Notes: generated from the letters alone by a model not told the origin. A stretch of 64,000 bases of DNA from an uncultured delta proteobacterium (GCA_963817385.1 CAWFOM010000006.1:245242-309241), one strand, 5' to 3'. Shown: positions 29,637 to 41,451, numbered from the stretch's first letter. Translations and numbers: made by a program.

Positions 29637-30113
29637 GTGACGGCAAGAACGGTAGTTGCTGATGAAAGAGGAATGATCTATTTGCTTTGTCCCTTCTGCG
29701 GCGAAAACAGCTTGAAGCCGGCAAATCTCTTTCCAATTCATCAGCCTGTGAGCATGGCCTGTTCATGCGGTAAGACGTACGAGTTCCAGATCGAAACCAG
29801 AAACATTTTCCGGAAGAAAACAGCCCTCAACGGTATCTATGTTAAGCAGAATTCTGCCGGCGATTTCGAAAATATGACGGTCATTGATCTGTCGCTCGGT
29901 GGATTGTGTTTGCTTGCCTCAGAGAAGCATACGCTCCATCTCGGCGATTCGATTAAAGTGGTCTTCAAGTTGGATAATGCCAAGCGTACCTTGATTACAA
30001 GGCATGTGACGGTCCGCTGGATCATGGGGAATAAAATAGGCTGTATGCTGACCACAAATGACTATGACCCCGAACTCGGTTTCTACGTGAAGAATTTAAA
30101 TGTGCCCCAGTAA
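29637..30113 (+). CDS. PilZ domain protein with N-terminal Cys motif
   Basis: CPFC...CSC, RNIFRK (RxxxR), DLSLGG (DxSxxG); SD GGAGG before GTG. Confidence 0.8.
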   Translation: MTARTVVADERGMIYLLCPFCGENSLKPANLFPIHQPVSMACSCGKTYEFQIETRNIFRKKTALNGIYVKQNSAGDFENMTVIDLSLGGLCLLASEKHTLHLGDSIKVVFKLDNAKRTLITRHVTVRWIMGNKIGCMLTTNDYDPELGFYVKNLNVPQ

Positions 30114-30256
30114 CGGGAATAGCGGGGGAAGGGGGCGACTCGGTAATGCTTCATAACCTCAAGGAGAGCAACCCACAAGCCCCGCCCTATTGAGGTGGCT
30201 TAACTTGGGGGGGAGGCCTGTCACCATGCAGGGAAGAAGAAAGGATCAGCAACAGA

Positions 30257-31180
30257 ATGAATGACAAAGTGATTATCACCGCCGCCATTACGGGGAGCAT
30301 TCATACCCCAACCATGTCGCCGTATCTCCCCATCACGCCCCGGGAGATTGCCGATGAGGCCGTACGTTCTTATGAAGCTGGAGCCGCCGTCTGCCATATT
30401 CATGCCCGCAATCCCGAAACCGGACAACCAACGCCCGATGTCAACATTGTTAAGGAAATTATCACGAGCATCAAGAGCCGCTGCGATATCGTGATTTGTA
30501 TTACCACCGGCGGCGGGTTCGGCATGACCGTAGAACAGCGCGTAGCGCCCGTTTCTCTCTACAGGCCCGAGCTTGCCTCCTTCAACGCCGGCTCGACGAA
30601 TTTTGCGTTGTTTCCCGTGATACCACGATATCAATCATGGAAATATGAGTGGGAACCGCAGTATCTCGCCATGACCGAAGATTATATTTTCGCCAATACG
30701 TTCAAGTCGATGCGTGAATACTGCGCCATTTTCAACGAAACGGGAACGAAACCGGAACTTGAAATTTACGATTCCGGTATGGTGAATAACATTGCCTTCA
30801 TGATACAGGCCGGCTATCTAAAAAAACCTGTCTACATCCAGTTTGTCATGGGCGTTCTGGGGGGAATAACCGCCAGCCCGGAAAATCTATTATTTTTGGT
30901 AGACTATGCCCGCCGACAGATCGGCGATTTTGTGTTCTCCGTTTGTGTGGCCGGTCGTGCTCAGTTCCCGATCTGTACGCAGTCGCTCCTCATCGGCGGA
31001 AACTGTCGTGTCGGATTGGAAGACAATCTTTACCTGGAAAAGGGCAAGATGGCCAAAAGTAATGCCGATCAAGTGGCAAAAATGGTTAGAATCGCACAGG
31101 AGTTAGGCACTCAACCGGCATCTCCCGATGAAGCAAGAAAAATCCTGGGGCTAAAAGGCAGCGACAAAGTAACCTTCTGA
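30257..31180 (+). CDS. Beta-keto acid cleavage enzyme (Kce/BKACE, DUF849)
   Basis: IITAAITG, HIHAR, TTGG, PELE, RVGLEDN. Confidence 0.92.
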   Translation: MNDKVIITAAITGSIHTPTMSPYLPITPREIADEAVRSYEAGAAVCHIHARNPETGQPTPDVNIVKEIITSIKSRCDIVICITTGGGFGMTVEQRVAPVSLYRPELASFNAGSTNFALFPVIPRYQSWKYEWEPQYLAMTEDYIFANTFKSMREYCAIFNETGTKPELEIYDSGMVNNIAFMIQAGYLKKPVYIQFVMGVLGGITASPENLLFLVDYARRQIGDFVFSVCVAGRAQFPICTQSLLIGGNCRVGLEDNLYLEKGKMAKSNADQVAKMVRIAQELGTQPASPDEARKILGLKGSDKVTF

Positions 31181-31195
31181 GACATTGACTATTAA

Positions 31196-31255
31196 GGGGA
31201 TATGCGGGTCCAAACCGAGCAAGTTTTAAAGAACATCAAAAGTGTATTGGAAAAA
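31196..31255 (+). pseudogene. RidA/YjgF family fragment
   Basis: Translates GDMRVQTEQVLKNIKSVLE, typical of an internal RidA helix; no flanking coding sequence. Confidence 0.5.
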
Positions 31256-31406
31256 CTCAGTGGAACGATGAACGGGTCAAGCTCGGCACCCATGAGCATT
31301 ACCACTTGAAGTATGATCACGGGAAGTAGAGGGAGGTTCGCGGTCTTTCAAAGCGTTGCAATTGCAGAAACGTATTGCGAAAAAAAGAGAATAGGAGGGT
31401 AGGCAG

Positions 31407-31718
31407 ATGAAAAAAATTGGGTTATTGGTAGCTCTACTCATGTCACTGACGGTGACAAATGCAATGGCGGTTAAATCCGGAGTAACAATTGATTGGGACA
31501 GCCGCGAAGGTAAAGTAACCTTCGATGGCAAGGTGCATGCAGACAAGGGATTGAAGTGCACTGACTGCCATGTAAAGATCTTCAAGATGAAGAAAGGTTC
31601 TACAACCATGAAGATGGATGAAATAAATACAGGGAAGTTCTGTGGTGAATGTCACAACGGCACAAAGGCCTTCAAGACAAACGATAAAGCCAATTGTGCA
31701 AAGTGCCACAAGAAGTAA
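31407..31718 (+). CDS. Periplasmic triheme cytochrome c7/c3 family
   Basis: Signal peptide; CTDCH, CGECH, CAKCH. Confidence 0.92.
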   Translation: MKKIGLLVALLMSLTVTNAMAVKSGVTIDWDSREGKVTFDGKVHADKGLKCTDCHVKIFKMKKGSTTMKMDEINTGKFCGECHNGTKAFKTNDKANCAKCHKK

Positions 31719-32290
31719 TACGGGAAAAGAATGAGAGCACGTAACACATGGCTCCTCTTCCCTCTGCCCCGGATTATCGGGAAGAGGCGGAAAGAGTGTC
31801 TGATCCGCACCGCGGATGAAAGAGTAGGGTATCCTTTTGTTTATGACGTCTCGGTGGTCTCCATGGCTTTGGTGAATGAGGCCGGAGAAATGTATGCCGT
31901 CGCGACCACAGAGAGAATGACGGGCACGAAATAAGGGGGGGCTGGCAATGTCTGCAAAGAAATTCCGGAATTCAAGAAGGAGACTTTCTTGGGTAATCCT
32001 CACTTTAATTCGCCGTCCTCTTGTCGCTAGTCGGTTCTGCAGAACTCCAAGGAAACAATCCCGTAGAAATGATCCTGAAACTGGCAGAAATAGCGATCGA
32101 AAAGAAAAACCTGCCAACAGTGTTTTCTAAACAGGCCGCATAGTTTGTCAAAGAGTTAAATGTTACGGAATCGTAATGTCCAAACTCCCGGAATAGGATT
32201 GGCCTGCCAATAACTGTACAGTTATCTATTGTTGCCAATTACACTCAGGTTACGTAAACTCAGAACGCCATAGCTACAGAAAGTAGTCCG

Positions 32291-32420
32291 AAACTGGCCG
32301 ACGTCACGGGCCGGTCGCTTATAATCCATGCCGGTGGCGATAACTATTCAGACCAGCCAGCCGGCAGCTTTGGATGAAGGAGGTGTCAGAGTGGCCTGTG
32401 GAGTGATAAGTGGCCAATAA
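32291..32420 (+). pseudogene. sodC: Cu/Zn superoxide dismutase C-terminal remnant
   Basis: LADVTGRSLIIHAGGDNYSDQ, a 4-bp CCAG duplication, then PAALDEGGVRVACGVI*; 5' part absent. Confidence 0.8.
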
Positions 32421-32761
32421 AGGCTGCGCGACTCAAATAAACAATACCTTAACAGAGGGAGACTTATGATGTCTTTCATGAAAATTGCGGAATGCCGATG
32501 TCGCATCCTGGGGTTAATGCTGTTAGTTGCTACCCTCACCCTCAGCTTGACCATGTCGTCTGCGTTGGCCGACAGCGACAAGCGTGTGGCGAAAGCGTCA
32601 TGACCCAGAACTGGATGCGGGAACAGACCTGTTGTAGTGACGTGTTCATGTATCATTGCATCGGAGGAAACCTTTTACATTGACTATCCTTGAAATTAAG
32701 AATATTTATAAAGATCCGGCATCCATAAGAGAGTCAAATCGATAAACCTTTTTGGTGAACC

Positions 32762-32794
32762 ATGCAACGGGTAATCCAGAAGGTGCCATCATAA
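32762..32794 (+). promoter_or_regulatory. Putative leader mini-ORF MQRVIQKVPS* with downstream hairpin (copy 3)
   Basis: Aligns without gaps to the copies at 13218 and 13437; hairpin AACGCTCCCCTAG...CTGGGGGGGCGTT at 32793-32830. Confidence 0.55.
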
Positions 32795-32972
32795 CGCTCC
32801 CCTAGGTTTAAAATACTCTGGGGGGGCGTTCAAAACTCATAATACTGTATAGAAGACATCGGGATATATCAAAAATCCTCTTCTTCGGAAAATATTATCA
32901 AGATACAAATACAAGAGAAATCAAACAACAGAAAATGCCTTACACAAATCGATCAGGACAAAGAAGGTGACT

Positions 32973-33728
32973 ATGAAAACGATATTGCGTGTTGTCGTTA
33001 TTTCTTTGTTTTGTTGCATTGCTTATCCGTCTATACTTCTACCTACGGATTTTCTCGATGATGTCCTGAAAAAAGAGTTACCCCAGTTGCCTGGCGCCGT
33101 AGGAGGCCAAGCGGCAGGAAAGGGTCTTGACGATAGTACAATAGTATCCGGCTTGAAGGAGGTCCTTGCCATCGGAACTAAGAACGCTGTAAATCTGGTT
33201 TCAATGGTTAACGGTTACTATGGTAACGACGCCATCAAGATCCTCCTGCCCGATAAGATTCAGAAGGTTGCGGAGCTCGCAGGAAAAATTGGTTACCAGA
33301 AGCAGGTGGACGAATTGATCCAAAGCATGAACCATGCTGCTGAGAAGGCAGCCCCGAAGGCGGCCTCCTCCTTTTCCGATGCGATAAAGGGAATGACCAT
33401 CGACGATGCTCGAAAAATACTGTCGGGCGGTAATACGTCTGCAACCGAGTATTTTAAATCCCATACCTTCTCGAAACTCTACGATGAGTTCAAACCCAGC
33501 ATCTCCGAGAGCATGAACCAAACAGGGGTCGTACGCTCCTATAACGCCATGATGAGCAAGGTACCGGCCATTCCATTCGCAAAACCTGAGTCGGTGGATC
33601 TCGATCATTACATCACCACAAAGGCACTGGATGGTCTGTATCACATGGTAGGTCAGGAGGAACAGGAGATCAGGACAAATCCTGTTGCGCGGACGACGGA
33701 TCTTTTAACTAGGGTTTTTGGCAAATAA
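32973..33728 (+). CDS. DUF4197 domain secreted protein
   Basis: GLKEVL-IG, IKILLP, SMNHAAEKAAP, ALDGLY, EEQEIRTNPVARTTDLL. Confidence 0.88.
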   Translation: MKTILRVVVISLFCCIAYPSILLPTDFLDDVLKKELPQLPGAVGGQAAGKGLDDSTIVSGLKEVLAIGTKNAVNLVSMVNGYYGNDAIKILLPDKIQKVAELAGKIGYQKQVDELIQSMNHAAEKAAPKAASSFSDAIKGMTIDDARKILSGGNTSATEYFKSHTFSKLYDEFKPSISESMNQTGVVRSYNAMMSKVPAIPFAKPESVDLDHYITTKALDGLYHMVGQEEQEIRTNPVARTTDLLTRVFGK

Positions 33729-33746
33729 CCCGCCAAGGAGGATTAT

Positions 33747-34184
33747 ATGATTAAAGAATTCAAGGAATTCGTTATGAAGGGGAATGTGCTTGACATGGCA
33801 GTGGGCATCATCATTGGTGCGGCTTTTGGTTCAGTGGTAACGTCCTTTGTGAACGATGTGCTGATGCCTCCCATTGGTCTTCTGCTCGGCAAGGTGGATT
33901 TCAGCAACCTGTTCATCAACCTTTCGGGTAAGACCTTTGAAACATTGGCTGAAGCGAAGAAGGCTGGTGCTGCGACCCTCAACTACGGTCTTTTCCTCAA
34001 CACGGCGATCAACTTTTTGATTGTGGGCTTTGCCGTGTTTTTTCTGGTTAAACAGGTCAATCGTTTGAAACGGAATGAGCCGGCCCCCGCACCTACAACC
34101 CGCGAGTGTCGCTTTTGCTATACTGCGATCCCAATTAAAGCCACCCGCTGCCCCCATTGTACCTCAGAACTTACCAAGACTTAA
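33747..34184 (+). CDS. mscL: Large-conductance mechanosensitive channel with C-terminal Cys motif
   Basis: [34 protein letters not shown]-terminal CRFC...CPHC. Confidence 0.95.
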   Translation: MIKEFKEFVMKGNVLDMAVGIIIGAAFGSVVTSFVNDVLMPPIGLLLGKVDFSNLFINLSGKTFETLAEAKKAGAATLNYGLFLNTAINFLIVGFAVFFLVKQVNRLKRNEPAPAPTTRECRFCYTAIPIKATRCPHCTSELTKT

Positions 34185-34395
34185 AGGCAGAGATATGGCT
34201 ATAGGCGATAGACAATCACGTAAATAAGTTAAGCAAACATGGATGATGACCGCGGGCAATGTCTCGTAGGCCCCGTCCGGACGGGCCATCCATTCGCTTA
34301 TTAAGACGGCTTCGCCGGCTTTCATGAGGCAGCGTGGATCAGCTTGCCCGGATGCCATTGATATTTTGGAGCCGTCTCAATAATGGAGGCACAGT

Positions 34396-37300
34396 ATGTG
34401 GGGACGTGCAACCAGGATTGTGTTGAGCCTGCCGTTTATTATTGTGGCGGGGTTGTTCGGTCTCTACCTGGTGTTCGGCTTTTTTCTGGTCAACCCGCTG
34501 GCCCAAAAACTGCTGCCCTGGGTGGGCGAAACCAAACTTGCCAGCCGACTCAGCGTGCAGCAGGTCAAGTTCAATCCTCTCACCCTCGAAGTGACCGTGG
34601 ACGGGTTGAAACTGGCCGATCGAAACGGTCAGCCCCTCGCCGGCTTCGACCGGCTCTACCTCAACATCGATACCACGGGGCTCTTCCGCTGGGCTTGGCG
34701 CATTCAGGATATCCAGCTCAAGCGCCCGCGTGCGACGCTGTGCGGTGCAACCCGGCGGCACAGCTCAACTGGGCGGCGCTCATGGCCAAACTCAACGAGG
34801 ACAAAAAGCCGTCGTCCGGCACCATGGCGCGTGTGCTGATCGATCACATCAAGATCGACGACGGCGATATCGAATACACCGACGCCAACCGCGCGGGCCG
34901 CTCCGTTCAAAGCCGTGCTGCAGCCGCTCGGGATCGAGCTCGACGGCTTGTCCACGCTGCCCGGTGAGCATGGCAGCTACCGGATTGCCGCCAAATTGCC
35001 GGAGCAGGGCGGGACGTTCACCTTGAAGGGTGACATCGGGCTGAACCCGCTATCGTCCAAAGGCACACTCGTCCTGGAAGGCCTGCAGCTGGCCGATCTG
35101 CAGCGCGCAATCAAGACCCCGCCCAATTTCGAACTTTCGTCCGGCACGGCGGCCGCGGACCTGCGTTACCGCTTCGCCATGGTGCGCGACAAGGCGGGCG
35201 CGGAGACGCCCTCGGTGCAGGTCAACGATGCCAACCTCAGCATACGGAATTTCACACTGGCTCCGCGCGGCGGCGGCGCGCCCGTACTGGAGCTTACCGA
35301 GGCGCGGATCGACAATGCGAACCTGGATCTGGCCGAGCGCCGCCTCGAGGTGGCGAGCGTGAGCCTGACCGGCGGCAAACTGGCGGCGACCCGCAACGTC
35401 AAGGGCACTCTGGATTGGCAGACGCTCTTTGCCGCGGACGAGGAGAAATCAGCACCGGCGACCACTCCCTCTGTGCCATCGGCGGCTGAAACAGGCGCAC
35501 CGGCGCAGCCGGCGCGTGCCGTGGAAAATTGCCGTGCGGGAAATCAGGCTGGCCGACTGGGCGGCGCGTTTCACCGACCAGGGCTTTGCCCGGCCGCTCG
35601 TCGTGAGTGCCGGCGGCTTCGGGATGACCACGGCGCTGACCGGTGAAGTAGGCGCCAAGCCGGCAATCGAAGTCGGCCCGCTGAATGCCGCCCTGGGGCC
35701 GGTGCGGGTGCTGTCGGGTGAGCAGGAAGCGGCTGTGCTGCAGCGCGCCGCACTCCTCAACGCGAAACTGAACCTGGCGGAAAACCGGCTCGTGATCGAC
35801 GCCGTGGAATTGAACGGCATGCGCACCTCGGCGGTGTTGGACAAGAACAAAACCCTCAATTGGGACGAGATACTGAAAGCCGCCCCGGGCGCACCGGCAC
35901 CTGCGCCGGCCAAGCCCACTGCGGTCAAGTCGGCCGCCGCGGATAAACCCGGCATGGATCTGCAGCTTGCGCGCTTCAGCCTGGATGGCCTCGAAGTGGG
36001 CATCGCCGATCAGTCCACCGGGGAACCGGTCAAACTCGATCTGGCCAAGGGTTTTGTGACGACTGAAAAACCTGAGCCTCGATATGAACAAAGCCGTGCC
36101 GGTGGAGGCCGGCTTCGGCCTCAAGCAGGGCGGGACATTCAACGCCGGCGGCACCATCACCCCGGGCAAAGCGTCGGGCAAACTCGATCTCAAACTCGCC
36201 GGCTTGTCGTTGAAACCCTTTACGCCTTACGTCAACCGGTTCGCCAAGCTCAACCTGCATTCGGGCGCGGCGTCCACCCGCGGCAGGCTCCTGTTTGCGC
36301 GGGCCGAAGCGGGGATGAAGGTGGATTTCAACGGTGGCTTTGCGGTGGATGCCCTCGCGATCACCGAAGAGGAAACCGGGGATCCTTTTTTCGGCTGGGA
36401 AAGGCTCTCCTCCGACAGCCTGGAGCTCAAACTGAATCCCAATCGCCTGCACATGAACGAGCTGGTGGCGGTGAATCTGTTCGGCAAGGTCATCATCTTT
36501 GAAGACAAGTCGATCAACCTGAAGCGCATCCTGCGCTCTCCGGAGCCGGAGGGCGCCGTGACAGCGAAGGCGGGCGAGCCTGCGGCGCCAGACCGTGAGG
36601 AAAAGGCCGCCGCGCCTGCGCCGGCCAAGACCGAGACGCGCGACGAAGCCGCCCCGTTCCCGCTGGCCATAGAACGTCTGCGCATCAACCAGCGCCGACG
36701 TGGAGTTTGCCGACCTCTCCCTGTCGCCGCAGTTCGGCACACGGATGCATGACCTCTCCGGCGTGGTCACGGGGCTTTCCAATGACCCGGCGACGACGGC
36801 GCTGGTGGAACTCGACGGCAAGGTGGACGAATACGGCTCGGCCCGTGTCCGCGGCTCGATCCAGCCCTTCAGGGCGACCGAGTTTCACCGACTTGACGCT
36901 CACCTTCCGCAATCTTGAAATGACCAATCTGACGCCCTATTCGGGCAGATTCGCCGGGCGGAAAGTCGATTCCGGCAAGCTCTCGGTCGATCTCGAATAC
37001 AAGATCAAGCAGCGCCAACTGGCGGGCGACAACAAGGTCGTGATCAACAAGCTCAAGCTCGGCGAGCGTGTCGAGAGTCCCGAGGCGGTGAACCTGCCGC
37101 TTGACCTGGCGATTGCGATTCTGGAGGACAGCGACGGCGTCATCGACCTGGACTTGCCGGTTACGGGAAACCTCGACGACCCCGAGTTCAGCTACGGCAG
37201 GATCATCTGGAAGGCCATCGTCAACGTGCTGACCAAGGTGGTGACCGCGCCCTTCCGGGCGCTCGGCAATCTGTTGGGAATCAGTTCCGACAAGCTCGAA

Positions 37301-37943
37301 GCGGTGGAATTCGATTTCGGAGCGGCAACCCTGCTGCCGCCGGAACAGGAGAAACTCAAGGAAATCGGCCAGGCGCTCGCCAAACGGCCTGCGCTCACGC
37401 TGTCCGTTGCCCCCGCCTATGACCTCCGGAAGGATACCCGCGCGCTCCAGGAATTGAGGATCCGGCGGGATGTCGCCCGGCAGATGGGGTTGACCGTCGA
37501 GGCCGATCAGGAACCGGGTCCGGTCGACATCGCCAACCCGCGCGCCCAGGATGCCCTGGAGTCTTTATACGGCGATCGTTTCGACAAGCAGGGCGGGGTG
37601 AAGGCCATCAAGGCCGAATACGAGAAACCCAAGGAGGGTGCCAAGCCGATTCATGCCGATATGCTGGAACGCCTGACCCTGCAGATTCCCGTGACAGATG
37701 CCGAATTGAAGCAACTGGCGCAGGCGCGCGGCGAGGCGGTGAAGCAGACGCTGATTGACGCTGGGTAAGGTGGATCCGGCCAAGATCAGCGTGGGCGAGC
37801 CGGTGAAAAATGACGATGACGGCAAGGTCGTCGTATGCAAGGTGACTCTGGGTACAGGCGGCAAGCCGGCGTCCGGACCTGCTCCGCTGCCGCCATGCCG
37901 TGATACTCGTGCAAAGCGGAGAGCAAAGCCTGCACGCGCGTGA
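34396..37943 (+). CDS. DUF748 (AsmA-like) large envelope protein with eight +1 frameshifts
   Basis: N-terminal TM, FNPLTL, PYSGRFAG, LPLDLAIAILEDSDGVIDLDLPVTGNLDDPEF; consecutive ORF pieces join by single-base insertions. Confidence 0.82.
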
Positions 37944-38030
37944 CCCGAGCCGTGCGCGAGCGAGCGTCGTCGGGGTGGGAGAGAAGGGAGGGAGAAGAGC
38001 GACTAGAGAAAAGAGGGAATATTCAATTAT

Positions 38031-38702
38031 CTACTCGCTCAGAGCCGCCAGGGTCTGGATATAGAATTCTATTGCATTATGTGCCTCAGTGTCCAAATTC
38101 TTAAATTGGCTGCCAATAGTGATTCTGTGATCGTCTCTTCTGACGTTGACTATGCCAAGTTCCACGGTTCGCTCACTTTGTGCGCCCGGGATTTGCACGG
38201 ACAGGACAGCATCTACCCCCTTCTCAACTTTTGATGAGTCACTCTCCGGGGAAGTTGTACACACAAAACTGCATCCACCCAAACTCAGGTCAAGTATTGC
38301 CCCTTTGCATGACCAGTTATCCACTTGCACTGTGGCGGGAATTAAACAAGTTATCCTGTCATTTTTTCGAAGTGTAACCGTCTCTATTTCCTCCGGATAT
38401 GATAACAGCATCAAGGGAATCGGCCCCTCTATGAGGGAGATGATGCTGCATTTGAATCCATAAACAATCCCTTTGTGCAAGTAACGCACCACAACGTGAT
38501 TCTCCTTGTGTACCTTGACCCAGATGCCTCTTATTTGTGGTATGCTGCAGATGAGGTAATGGCCTCTGTCCATTCCCACGAGAGTGCCTTTATACGATTC
38601 GCTAAACCCCTCGAAGCGAATCATGAGGAGCATTCCCCATTCCACTCCCAAATCTTTCTGATTTACCTTTCCAATACTCTTAGGTGATTCTTCAGAAACC
38701 AT
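38031..38702 (-). CDS. Flagellar-brake-like PilZ domain protein
   Basis: N-terminal YcgR-like region; LRKNDR and DLSLGG. Confidence 0.85.
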   Translation of the reverse strand: MVSEESPKSIGKVNQKDLGVEWGMLLMIRFEGFSESYKGTLVGMDRGHYLICSIPQIRGIWVKVHKENHVVVRYLHKGIVYGFKCSIISLIEGPIPLMLLSYPEEIETVTLRKNDRITCLIPATVQVDNWSCKGAILDLSLGGCSFVCTTSPESDSSKVEKGVDAVLSVQIPGAQSERTVELGIVNVRRDDHRITIGSQFKNLDTEAHNAIEFYIQTLAALSE

Positions 38703-39062
38703 GGTAACCTCCTCGTGCGGACTCTGGGGTTCAGGTCATGCAAGGATACAGTAGTCTTGATCCCCATGCTCATTTTCGTAATTCTCCTGCAATTTTACTC
38801 AATGTACCCGCGAAGATTCTATTACAGAGTTACTGAATACCGTTTGTAATAGTTGTATATCAACAAAATATAACAAAAACAACTTTTCAGCTTGTCCATA
38901 CATCGACGCACGCGCCTGCTTCAGAAAAAAATATGATAACCAGACTTCATGGCGGGCGGGTTGTCTGTCAGGAAAGCCAATATCGAACATCGAAGTGTTG
39001 CCGATTTTGCAAAAGAATGATAGGCAGATAAAAACCTGAAGCCTCACACGGGGTCATTGTCC

Positions 39063-39992
39063 ATGGAATTCACCTATGCCGATTGCGTCAAACTGATGCC
39101 TGAATGGAACGGTCTGGCGTTGGATATCCGGGAACTGAAAGGCGGGATCACGAATCAACTCTACCGGGTCACCTCAGGCAATGGAATAGACTGTGTATTC
39201 AGGTTTTACGGTAAGAAGACCGAGCTCTTTATCGACCGAGATGCGGAAATGGAGAACCTTCGGCAGCTTGCCGCATTGGGAATCACCCCCAGGTTGATCA
39301 GGTATATTCCCGAGCAGGGCGTCACCGTGGTCGAGTTCATCCCGGGATACGTGCTGAAAAACCAGGATTTCCTGAAGGAGGAGCTCTGGGAACGAATCAT
39401 CTCTCCCATCCGAATGGTTCACCAAAGCGGGATCAGGCTACCCTCCCTCTTCAATCCCCTCATCGAGGTGAGGCGTTTATCCAAGACCCTGGAGGAAATC
39501 AATCCCCACTACCCCGAGTTCGATATCCCCGGAACGATCAGAATCCTTGAAAAGATCAGTGAAGTGGCCGGCGTCTTCCCTTCTCAGTACGTACCCTGCC
39601 ACAACGACCTTCTCGCGGATAACTTTGTCCTCACCGAAGACGGGGAGCGATTCAGGTCTCCCATGTGCCTGATCGACTGGGAGTACGGTGGCATGGCTCC
39701 CGCCTATTATGATCTGGCCGACATGTTCCAGGAAATCCTGCTCCCCAGGGAGGTGGAAAGGAGGCTTCTTAACGTCTATTGGGAAGGGAACGATACAGAC
39801 CATCATCAGTACATGACCGATCTCTTCAAACCTTTTCCGGATATCTATTGGTTTCTCTGGAGTCTGATTCAGCTGAACATCTCTTCCATCGAATTCGACT
39901 ATTACCGCTATGGAAAAGTGAAGTATGACAACGCCCGGGAAAACGTCGATTATCTTCGAAGTCATTACGGCGTTACCATACCTCAAGCATAG
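39063..39992 (+). CDS. Choline/ethanolamine kinase family phosphotransferase
   Basis: GGITNQLY, IDRDAE, CHNDLLADNF, LIDWEYG. Confidence 0.88.
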   Translation: MEFTYADCVKLMPEWNGLALDIRELKGGITNQLYRVTSGNGIDCVFRFYGKKTELFIDRDAEMENLRQLAALGITPRLIRYIPEQGVTVVEFIPGYVLKNQDFLKEELWERIISPIRMVHQSGIRLPSLFNPLIEVRRLSKTLEEINPHYPEFDIPGTIRILEKISEVAGVFPSQYVPCHNDLLADNFVLTEDGERFRSPMCLIDWEYGGMAPAYYDLADMFQEILLPREVERRLLNVYWEGNDTDHHQYMTDLFKPFPDIYWFLWSLIQLNISSIEFDYYRYGKVKYDNARENVDYLRSHYGVTIPQA

Positions 39993-40070
39993 GAAGCCTG
40001 CGAGCAAGGTTGAATATCCGTGCATCCCCGCACGATCTCCGGAGACAGGAGGCACCTTATGCCACACGAC

Positions 40071-41111
40071 CTAACCTGCCGATGACACCCTGGCCTTGAG
40101 CAGCTCGAAATTCGCGGGATCCATCTTGATCTCACCCCTGTTGATCTGCCGGTCGAGTTCGACCACGGCGTCGATGGCCGGCGTCGGGATGCCGAACTCC
40201 CGGCCCTTCCTCGCCACCAAGCCGGGGAGGAATTCCATCTCGCTCCTGCGGCCCTTGAGATGGTCGTGTATGGGGGCAGTGCGGCCGCCGCCCACGTGAT
40301 TCATCAGCGTCTTCATGGCGATCACCAGGTTTTCGTCGCTCGAACCGGCAAACTTGTCGGCGCGCAGCCCGAATACCGGCTCGATCCGGTAGCCCAGAGC
40401 GGCGCCCACGGCGAGCGCTTCCCGGCCGAGTTTAACCGAGATGTCGTACATGCCGGGCAACGCCACCGCCTCATAGTTCCTGAGGCCGAATAACCCGAAC
40501 GGCGCCTGAGTCATGATGTTGGCAATGAGCTTCGTCCATTTTGCGCCATAGATGTTGCCGGTCACATCGCACCGGCCCACATTGCCCATGATGGAAGCGA
40601 TTTCGGCGAGGCGCGGGGTGGACGAACCGTCGAGCTCCCCCACGGTGAACCACGTACCCGTGTGCGTCGTGTTGCGCTGGATCTGACCGGGGATGAAGAG
40701 TTCCGCCTGCAGCTCGACGACGCAGCCTATCGTGCGTTCGCGGCCCACGATGGAAGCGATCGTGTCGTCGTTCATTCCGTTTTGGAGGCCGACCATGACG
40801 CCGTCGTTCTTGAGATACGGTTTGATGAACTCCGTCAACCAGCGGCAGTCATTCGATTTGGACGCGAGAAATACGATATCGAACTCCAGGTTGGTCGAAG
40901 CCAGCTCGCACAGATGCAGAGCCTGAACGGGCACATGAAGATCCCCGTCCTTTACCTTGACAGACAGCCCGCTTGCCTTCATCGCCTCGACATGCGCGGG
41001 CCACTGGTCGATAACCGTAACATCATAGCCCGCCTTCGTGAGATCGGCGCTTACGCTGCTGCCAATTGCGCCGGCGCCGAGAACAGCCATTGTTTTGCCC
41101 ATATCCTGCAT
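40071..41111 (-). CDS. Ketopantoate reductase (ApbA/PanE) family oxidoreductase
   Basis: GAGAIG, LQNGMN, KWTKLIAN, GRRSEME. Confidence 0.85.
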   Translation of the reverse strand: MQDMGKTMAVLGAGAIGSSVSADLTKAGYDVTVIDQWPAHVEAMKASGLSVKVKDGDLHVPVQALHLCELASTNLEFDIVFLASKSNDCRWLTEFIKPYLKNDGVMVGLQNGMNDDTIASIVGRERTIGCVVELQAELFIPGQIQRNTTHTGTWFTVGELDGSSTPRLAEIASIMGNVGRCDVTGNIYGAKWTKLIANIMTQAPFGLFGLRNYEAVALPGMYDISVKLGREALAVGAALGYRIEPVFGLRADKFAGSSDENLVIAMKTLMNHVGGGRTAPIHDHLKGRRSEMEFLPGLVARKGREFGIPTPAIDAVVELDRQINRGEIKMDPANFELLKARVSSAG

Positions 41112-41451
41112 TCCTCCGTGGTTTGATAGTTGTTCAGCTTGATGCCGATGAACCGCTATTCTTCAACCTAACTCCAGTTTGTCCTCGTCACATGAAACAG
41201 AAACGTCCTCTTCAAGCGAATGTCTGATCGTAATAATGTTACCCTTTAACAAAAGCAAGAAATTTTGCATAGGTAAACGGCAGATGGAAGGAACCAATGA
41301 CGCCATAGAAAATCTGCTCCCAGGGGCCGAAATCCAACTTGCCGTCAGGGTTTCAGGCCCGTTATCCATGATGTTATTCCATCCATAAGTGTGATAGGAA
41401 CTACCGAAAACCCACCTATGAGGAACGGGAACAAAAAATCTTGGTGTCTTC

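Noticed and set aside
31443..32117. 224-aa minus-strand ORF
   Set aside because: Overlaps the cytochrome antisense and has no motifs or clear SD.
34396..37943. DUF748 gene as a true pseudogene or programmed frameshift locus
   Set aside because: All breaks are +1 with no nonsense codons or evident slippery sites, matching the window-wide error pattern.
40051..40058. Fourth copy of the KVP element (GGCACCTT)
   Set aside because: Only an 8-nt match; no correctly placed start, stop or hairpin.
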